From UHGV virus genome UHGV-0098755: DNA of 64,000 nt. One strand, 5' to 3'. A program made the translations under genes and the position numbers. Each line of letters opens with the position of its first letter. Position 1 is the first letter of the stretch. Below are positions 57,431 to 64,000 of this stretch, piece after piece. Below the pieces are notes generated by a model that saw only the letters and a list, made by a program, of their open reading frames with translations, had not been told where the DNA came from and made no database searches. This DNA is from a virus.

Positions 57431-60400
57431 ATGGCCGAGATTAAAAGAAAGTTCAGAGCAGAAGATGGTCTGGACGCAGGTGGCGATAAAATAATCAACG
57501 TAGCTTTAGCTGATCGTACCGTAGGAACTGACGGTGTTAACGTTGATTACTTAATTCAAGAAAACACAGTTCAACAATATGATCCAACTCGTGGATATTT
57601 AAAAGATTTTGTAATCATTTATGATAACCGCTTTTGGGCTGCTATAAATGATATTCCAAAACCAGCAGGAGCTTTTAATAGCGGACGCTGGAGAGCATTA
57701 CGTACCGATGCAAACTGGATTACGGTTTCATCTGGTTCATATCAATTAAAATCTGGTGAAGCAATTTCGGTTAACACTGCAGCTGGAAATGACATTACGT
57801 TTACTTTACCGTCTTCTCCAATTGATGGTGATACTATCATTCTCCAAGATATTGGAGGAAAACCTGGAGTTAACCAAGTTTTAATTGTAGCTCCAGTGCA
57901 AAGTATTGTAAACTTTAGAGGTGAACAGGTACGTTCAGTACTAATGACTCATCCAAAGTCACAGCTAGTTTTAATTTTTAGTAATCGTCTGTGGCAAATG
58001 TATGTTGCTGATTATAGTAGAGAAGCTATAGTTGTAACACCAGCGAATACTTATCAAGCGCAATCCAACGATTTTATCGTACGTAGATTTACTTCTGCTG
58101 CACCAATTAATGTTAAACTTCCAAGATTTGCTAATCATGGCGATATTATTAATTTCGTCGATTTAGATAAACTAAATCCGCTTTATCATACAATTGTTAC
58201 TACATACGATGAAACGACTTCAATACAAGAAGTTGGAACTCATTCCATTGAAGGCCGTACAACGATTGACGGTTTCTTGATGTTTGATGATAATGAGAAA
58301 TTGTGGAGATTGTTTGACGGGGATAGTAAAGCGCGTTTACGCATTATAACGACTAATTCTAATATTCGTCCAAATGAAGAAGTTATGGTATTTGGTGCGA
58401 ATAACGGAACAACTCAGACAATTGAACTTCAGCTTCCAACTAATATTTCCGTTGGTGATACTGTTAAAATTTCCATGAATTACATGAGAAAAGGACAAAC
58501 AGTTAAAATCAAAGCTGCAGGTGAAGATAAAATTGCTTCTTCAGTTCAATTGCTGCAATTCCCAAAACGTTCAGAGTATCCGCCTGAAACTAAATGGGTG
58601 ACTGTTCAAGAATTGGTTTTTAACGGCGAAACTAATTATGTTCCAGTTTTACAGCTTGCTTATATAGAAGATTCTGATGGAAAATACTGGGTTGTACAAC
58701 AAAACGTTCCAACTGTAGAAAGAGTTGATTCTTTAAATGATTCTACTAGAGCAAGATTAGGCGTAATTGCTTTAGCTACACAAGCTCAAGCTAATGTCGA
58801 TTTAGAAAATTCTCCACAAAAAGAATTAGCAATTACTCCAGAAACATTAGCTAACCGTACTGCTACAGAAACTCGCAGAGGTATTGCAAGAATAGCAACT
58901 ACTGCTCAAGTGAATCAGAACACCACATTCTCTTTTGCTGATGATATTATCATCACTCCTAAAAAGCTGAATGAAAGAACTGCTACAGAAACTCGTAGAG
59001 GTGTTGCTGAAATTGCTACGCAGCAAGAAACTAATGCAGGTACTGATGATACTACAATCATTACTCCTAAAAAGCTTCAAGCTCGTCAAGGTTCTGAATC
59101 ATTATCTGGTATTGTAACTTTTGTATCTACTGCAGGTGCTACTCCAGCTTCTAGCCGTGAATTAAATGGTACGAATGTTTATAATAAAAACACTAATAAT
59201 TTAGTCGTTTCGCCTAAAGCTTTGGATCAGTATAAAGCTACTCCAACACAGCAAGGTGCAGTAATTTTAGCAGTTGAAAGTGAAGTAATTGCTGGACAAA
59301 GTCAGCAAGGATGGGCAAATGCTGTTGTAACGCCAGAAACGTTACATAAAAAGACATCAACTGATGGAAGAATTGGTTTAATTGAAATTGCTACGCAAAG
59401 TGAAGTTAATACAGGAACTGATTATACTCGTGCAGTCACTCCTAAAACTTTAAATGACCGTAAAGCAACTGAAAGTTTAAGTGGTATAGCTGAAATTGCT
59501 ACGCAAGTTGAATTCGACGCAGGCGTCGACGATACTCGTATCTCTACACCATTAAAAATTAAAACCAGATTTAATAGTACTGATCGTACTTCTGTTGTTG
59601 CTCTATCTGGATTAGTTGAATCAGGAACTCTCTGGGACCATTATACCCTTAATATTCTTGAAGCAAATGAGACACAGCGTGGTACACTTCGTGTAGCTAC
59701 ACAAGTTGAAGCTGCTGCAGGAACATTAGATAATGTTTTAATAACTCCTAAAAAGCTTTTAGGTACTAAATCTACCGAATCGCAGGAAGGTGTTATTAAA
59801 GTTGCAACTCAGTCTGAAACTGTGGCTGGAACGTCAGCAAATACTGCTGTATCTCCAAAAAATTTAAAATGGATTGTGCAGAGTGAACCTACTTGGGCAG
59901 CAACTACTGCGATAAGAGGCTTTGTTAAAACTTCATCTGGTTCAATTACATTCGTTGGTAATGACACAGTTGGTTCTACACAGGACTTAGAGCTATACGA
60001 GAAAAATAGCTATGCAGTATCACCGTATGAATTAAACCGTGTATTAGCAAATTATTTGCCGTTAAAAGCAAAAGCTGCTGATACAAATTTATTGGATGGT
60101 CTAGATTCATCTCAGTTCATTCGTAGGGATATTGCACAGACGGTTAATGGTTCACTAACCTTAACCCAACAAATGAATCTGAGTGCCCCTCTTGTATCAT
60201 CTAGTACTGCTACGTTTGGTGGATCAGTTTCGGCAAATAGTACATTAACTATTTCTAATACTGGAACGGCAACTCGTCTGATTTTTGAGAAAGGACCTCA
60301 GACTGGAACTAACCCAGCGCAGACGATGGCTATCAAAGTTTGGGGAAATCAGTTTGGTGGAGGATCAGATACAGCACGTTCTACTGTATTTGAAGTTGGT

Positions 60401-61300
60401 GATGAAACATCTTATCACTTTTATTCTCAACGTAATAAAGACGGGAATATAGCGTTTAGCATTAATGGTACTGTAATGCCAATAAATATTAATGCTTCCG
60501 GTTTGATGAATGTGAATGGCGTTGCAACATTCGGTCGTTCAGTTACTGCTAATGGCGAATTCACCAGTAAATCAGCAAATGCCTTTAGAGCAATAAATGG
60601 TAATTATGGATTCTTTATCAGGAATGATGGCGGTAGCACATATTTTATGCTCACTGCATCTGGTGATCAGACTGGCGGATTTAATGGATTACGTCCTTTA
60701 GCTATTAACAATGCATCTGGTCAAGTAACGATTGGTGAAGGCTTAATCGTTGCCAAAGGTGTTACTATAAACTCAGGTGGCTTAACTGTTAACTCGAGAA
60801 TTCGTTCTCAGGGTAATAAAACATCTGATTTATATACCCGTGCGCCAACATCTGATACAGTAGGATTCTGGTCAATCGATATTAATGATTCAGCTACTTA
60901 TAACCAATTCCCGGGTTATTTTAAAATGGTTGAAAAAACTAATGAAGTGACTGGGCTTCCATACTTAGAACGTGGCGAAGAAGTTAAATCTCCTGGTACA
61001 CTGACTCAGTTTGGTAACACACTTGATTCGCTTTACCAAGATTGGATTACTTATCCAACAACTCCAGAAGCACGTACAACCCGTTGGACACGTACATGGC
61101 AGAAAACCAAAAACTCTTGGTCGAGTTTTGTTCAGGTATTTGATGGAGGTAACCCTCCTCAACCATCTGATATCGGTGCTTTACCATCTGATAATGCTAC
61201 AATGGGGAATCTTACTATTCGTGATTTCTTACGAATTGGTAATGTTCGCATTGTTCCTGACCCAGTGAATAAATCTGTTAAATTTGAATGGGTTGAATAA
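57431..61300 (+). CDS. 34: long tail fibre proximal subunit gp34 (1289 aa)
   Basis: 1289 aa; N-terminus MAEIKRKFRAEDGLDAGGDKIINVALADRTVGTDG...; late promoter 57389-57396; internal repeats. Confidence 0.9.
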   Translation: MAEIKRKFRAEDGLDAGGDKIINVALADRTVGTDGVNVDYLIQENTVQQYDPTRGYLKDFVIIYDNRFWAAINDIPKPAGAFNSGRWRALRTDANWITVSSGSYQLKSGEAISVNTAAGNDITFTLPSSPIDGDTIILQDIGGKPGVNQVLIVAPVQSIVNFRGEQVRSVLMTHPKSQLVLIFSNRLWQMYVADYSREAIVVTPANTYQAQSNDFIVRRFTSAAPINVKLPRFANHGDIINFVDLDKLNPLYHTIVTTYDETTSIQEVGTHSIEGRTTIDGFLMFDDNEKLWRLFDGDSKARLRIITTNSNIRPNEEVMVFGANNGTTQTIELQLPTNISVGDTVKISMNYMRKGQTVKIKAAGEDKIASSVQLLQFPKRSEYPPETKWVTVQELVFNGETNYVPVLQLAYIEDSDGKYWVVQQNVPTVERVDSLNDSTRARLGVIALATQAQANVDLENSPQKELAITPETLANRTATETRRGIARIATTAQVNQNTTFSFADDIIITPKKLNERTATETRRGVAEIATQQETNAGTDDTTIITPKKLQARQGSESLSGIVTFVSTAGATPASSRELNGTNVYNKNTNNLVVSPKALDQYKATPTQQGAVILAVESEVIAGQSQQGWANAVVTPETLHKKTSTDGRIGLIEIATQSEVNTGTDYTRAVTPKTLNDRKATESLSGIAEIATQVEFDAGVDDTRISTPLKIKTRFNSTDRTSVVALSGLVESGTLWDHYTLNILEANETQRGTLRVATQVEAAAGTLDNVLITPKKLLGTKSTESQEGVIKVATQSETVAGTSANTAVSPKNLKWIVQSEPTWAATTAIRGFVKTSSGSITFVGNDTVGSTQDLELYEKNSYAVSPYELNRVLANYLPLKAKAADTNLLDGLDSSQFIRRDIAQTVNGSLTLTQQMNLSAPLVSSSTATFGGSVSANSTLTISNTGTATRLIFEKGPQTGTNPAQTMAIKVWGNQFGGGSDTARSTVFEVGDETSYHFYSQRNKDGNIAFSINGTVMPININASGLMNVNGVATFGRSVTANGEFTSKSANAFRAINGNYGFFIRNDGGSTYFMLTASGDQTGGFNGLRPLAINNASGQVTIGEGLIVAKGVTINSGGLTVNSRIRSQGNKTSDLYTRAPTSDTVGFWSIDINDSATYNQFPGYFKMVEKTNEVTGLPYLERGEEVKSPGTLTQFGNTLDSLYQDWITYPTTPEARTTRWTRTWQKTKNSWSSFVQVFDGGNPPQPSDIGALPSDNATMGNLTIRDFLRIGNVRIVPDPVNKSVKFEWVE

Positions 61301-61308
61301 GAGGTATT

Positions 61309-62424
61309 ATGGAAAAATTTATGGCAGAGTTTGGACAAGGATATGTCCAAACGCCATTTTTATCGGAAAGTAATTCAGTAAGATACAAAATAAGTATAGC
61401 GGGTTCTTGCCCGCTTTCTACAGCAGGACCATACGTTAAATTTCAGGATAATCCTGTAGGAAGTCAAACATTTAGCGCAGGCCTTCATTTAAGAGTTTTT
61501 GACCCTTCCACCGGAGCATTAGTTGATAGTAAGTCATATGCTTTTTCGACTTCAAATGATACTACATCTGCCGCTTTTGTTAGCTTCATGAATTCTTTGA
61601 CAAATAATAGAATTGTTGCTATATTAACTAACGGAAAGGTTAATTTTCCTCCTGAAGTAGTATCTTGGTTAAGAACCGCAGGAACGTCTGCTTTTCCATC
61701 TGACTCTATATTGTCAAGATTTGACGTATCATATGCTGCTTTTTATACTTCTTCTAAAAGAGCTATTGCATTAGAGCATGTTAAATTAAGTAATAGAAAA
61801 AGCACAGACGACTATCAAACTATTTTAGATGTTGTATTTGACAGTTTAGAGGACGTTGGAGCCACAGGATTTCCTAAAAGAACATACGAAAGCGTTGAGC
61901 AATTCATGTCGGCGGTTGGCGGAACTAATAACGAAATTGCACGTTTACCAACTTCATCCGCGATAAGTAAACTCTCTGATTATAATTTAGTTCCTGGTGA
62001 TGTTCTTTATCTTAAAGCTCAGTTATATGCTGATGCGGATTTACTTGCGCTTGGAACCACAAATATATCCATCCGTTTTTATAATGCATCTAATGGATAT
62101 ATTTCTTCAACACAAGCTGAGTTCACCGGACAAGCTGGGTCTTGGGAATTAAAGGAAGATTATGTAGTTGTTCCAGAAAACGCTGTCGGATTTACGATAT
62201 ATGCACAAAGAACAGCACAAGCTGGTCAAGGTGGCATGAGAAATTTAAGCTTTTCTGAAGTGTCAAGAAATGGCGGAATTTCAAAACCTGCTGAATTTGG
62301 CGTCAATGGTATTCGAGTTAATTATGTCTGTGAATCTGCTTCACCTCCAGATATAATGGTACTTCCTACACAAGCATCGTCTAAAACTGGTAAAGTGTTT
62401 GGACAAGAATTTAGAGAAGTTTAA
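61309..62424 (+). CDS. 35: long tail fibre hinge protein gp35 (371 aa)
   Basis: 371 aa; synteny 34-35-36-37. Confidence 0.8.
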   Translation: MEKFMAEFGQGYVQTPFLSESNSVRYKISIAGSCPLSTAGPYVKFQDNPVGSQTFSAGLHLRVFDPSTGALVDSKSYAFSTSNDTTSAAFVSFMNSLTNNRIVAILTNGKVNFPPEVVSWLRTAGTSAFPSDSILSRFDVSYAAFYTSSKRAIALEHVKLSNRKSTDDYQTILDVVFDSLEDVGATGFPKRTYESVEQFMSAVGGTNNEIARLPTSSAISKLSDYNLVPGDVLYLKAQLYADADLLALGTTNISIRFYNASNGYISSTQAEFTGQAGSWELKEDYVVVPENAVGFTIYAQRTAQAGQGGMRNLSFSEVSRNGGISKPAEFGVNGIRVNYVCESASPPDIMVLPTQASSKTGKVFGQEFREV

Positions 62425-62428
62425 ATTG

Positions 62429-62448
62429 AGGGAGCCTTCGGGTTCCCT
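62429..62448 (+). terminator. hairpin (UUCG loop, T-run) after gene 35
   Basis: AGGGAGCC-TTCG-GGTTCCCT followed by TTTTTCTTT. Confidence 0.6.
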
Positions 62449-62455
62449 TTTTCTT

Positions 62456-62463
62456 TATAAATA
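62456..62463 (+). promoter_or_regulatory. late promoter box TATAAATA upstream of gene 36
   Basis: Exact TATAAATA after the gene 35 terminator hairpin. Confidence 0.6.
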
Positions 62464-62486
62464 CTATTAAAATAAAGGGGCATACA

Positions 62487-63149
62487 ATGGCTGATTTAAA
62501 AGTAGGTTCAACAACCGGAGGCTCTGTCATTTGGCATCAAGGAAATTTTCCATTGAATCCAGCCGGTGACGATGTACTCTATAAATCATTTAAAATATAT
62601 TCAGAATACAATAAACCACAAGCTGTTGATAACGATTTTGTTTCTAAAGCTAATGGTGGTACTTACGCCGCGACTGTTCGATTTAATGGAGGCGTACATG
62701 TTCCTACTATAGGTAGTAGTCAACAGTGCGGCGTTTATCCAGGTAATGGTGATAATGCTACTTTTGCTGTAACAAATATCGATATTGTTTCGTGGAATGG
62801 TATTGGTTTTAAATCATCACAAGGTTCAGCAGACCGAACTGTTGTAATTAATGCACGTAATGGTGATATTAGTACAAAAGGCATTGTGATAGCAGTAGGT
62901 CAAGTAAAAAGTAACGCAGCTGCTCCTATAGAAGCTCGTGATCTTACTAGAAAGGACTACGTCGATGGAGCAATAAATACTGTTACGGCAAATGCGAACT
63001 CTAGAGTGTTACGATCTGGCGACACTATGACAGGTAACTTAACTGCGCCAAACTTTTTCTCACAGAATCCCGCATCTCAACCTTCACATGTTCCACGATT
63101 TGACCAAATCGTAATTAAGGATTCTGTTCAAGATTTCGGCTATTATTAA
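62487..63149 (+). CDS. 36: long tail fibre distal connector gp36 (220 aa)
   Basis: 220 aa; late promoter 62456-62463; synteny. Confidence 0.8.
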   Translation: MADLKVGSTTGGSVIWHQGNFPLNPAGDDVLYKSFKIYSEYNKPQAVDNDFVSKANGGTYAATVRFNGGVHVPTIGSSQQCGVYPGNGDNATFAVTNIDIVSWNGIGFKSSQGSADRTVVINARNGDISTKGIVIAVGQVKSNAAAPIEARDLTRKDYVDGAINTVTANANSRVLRSGDTMTGNLTAPNFFSQNPASQPSHVPRFDQIVIKDSVQDFGYY

Positions 63150-63157
63150 GAGGACTT

Positions 63158-64000
63158 ATGGCTACTTTAAAACAAATACAATTTAAAAGAAGCAAAACCG
63201 CAGGTGCACGTCCTGCTGCTTCAGTATTAGCCGAAGGTGAATTGGCTATAAACTTAAAAGATAGAACACTTTTTACTAAAGATGATTCAGGAAATATCAT
63301 TGATTTAAGTATTTCCGCTGGCGGTAATATCAGTGGAAATATCACTCAAACTGGTGATTATTTACAAAATGGAACATATAATCTTAATGGAAACCAGTTT
63401 GTTTATGCTGGTAAATATATTGAATTCCTGCCTAAAACCGCGGGTAATGGTGCTTGGGCAAACCAACATAAAAATAAAGCTCCTATCTTTACCGATTTGA
63501 GTTCAACTACTTCTACTTCAGAATACCATCCGCTAATTAAACAACGCTATAAAGATGGAACTTTTTCTGTTGGTACGTTAGTAAATGAAGGAAGTTTTAA
63601 AATTCAATATATCAATGAATCTGGTGATTCAAAATATTGGACTTTTAATCGAAACGGTAGTTTTATTGTAGATAATGGCAATATTGAAGCTCGTGCTGGT
63701 AATATTTCGGCTTCAGGTAATATTAACTCGGCAACTGGATTTGTTTCTGCTCCACAGATTAATACAAAAACCATAGTTTTTGATACAAAAGCCTTTGGGC
63801 AATACGATTCACAGTCATTAGTTCAATATGTTTATCCTGGAACCGGTGAAACAAACGGAATCAATTACCTTCGTAAAGTTCGAGCTAAATCAGGCGGAAC
63901 CATTTACCATGAAATCGCTTCTGCGCAGACCGGTAAGAATGATGAAATTTCTTGGTGGACCGGAAATACACTTACTACTAAATTAATGGGTCTTCGTAAT
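63158..64000 (+). CDS. 37: long tail fibre distal subunit gp37, N-terminal 281 codons (3' end outside window)
   Basis: N-terminus MATLKQIQFKRSK.AG.RPAASVLAEGELAINLKDRT.FTKDDSGNIIDL matches remembered gp37 N-terminus; open to window end. Confidence 0.85.
   Translation, partial: MATLKQIQFKRSKTAGARPAASVLAEGELAINLKDRTLFTKDDSGNIIDLSISAGGNISGNITQTGDYLQNGTYNLNGNQFVYAGKYIEFLPKTAGNGAWANQHKNKAPIFTDLSSTTSTSEYHPLIKQRYKDGTFSVGTLVNEGSFKIQYINESGDSKYWTFNRNGSFIVDNGNIEARAGNISASGNINSATGFVSAPQINTKTIVFDTKAFGQYDSQSLVQYVYPGTGETNGINYLRKVRAKSGGTIYHEIASAQTGKNDEISWWTGNTLTTKLMGLRN

Overview
This window is a contiguous stretch of a T-even (T4-like, Tequatrovirus-type) myovirus genome; gene order and many protein sequences match phage T4 from memory (gp23 and gp24 N-termini, UvsW, gp32, I-TevI, td intron 5' end). 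Layout: (1) + strand late structural module: 3' end of gene 14, then 15, 16, 17, 18, 19, 20, 67, 68, 21, 22, 23, 24; (2) - strand rnlB, two small ORFs, hoc, inh; (3) uvsW/uvsW.1 (+) and uvsY cluster (-); (4) baseplate genes 25, 26 (-) and 51, 27, 28, 29, 48, 54 (+); (5) a ~30 kb - strand early/middle block: two tandem alt-type ADP-ribosyltransferases, 30 (ligase), nine small ORFs, rIII, 31, cd, pseT, alc, rnlA, denA, nrdB, nrdA, intron-containing td with I-TevI, frd, 32, 59, 33, dsbA, rnh; (6) + strand long tail fibre genes 34, 35, 36 and the start of 37. No rRNA, tRNA or CRISPR array was seen. It is not T4 itself as I remember it: nrdB is intronless, a Dam-like methyltransferase sits between nrdB and nrdA, HNH endonuclease genes sit between 18/19 and between uvsW/uvsW.1, an extra ORF separates frd from td, and no seg-type gene lies between 23/24, inh/uvsW or 32/59. 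The most interesting candidates are the two Alt paralogs under a late promoter with a nearby NADAR/YbiA-like gene, the orphan Dam-like methyltransferase, and the endonuclease insertions. All homology calls are from reading the translations; no database search was run. ORF-track starts can be TTG/GTG, and refined ATG starts are given where checked.
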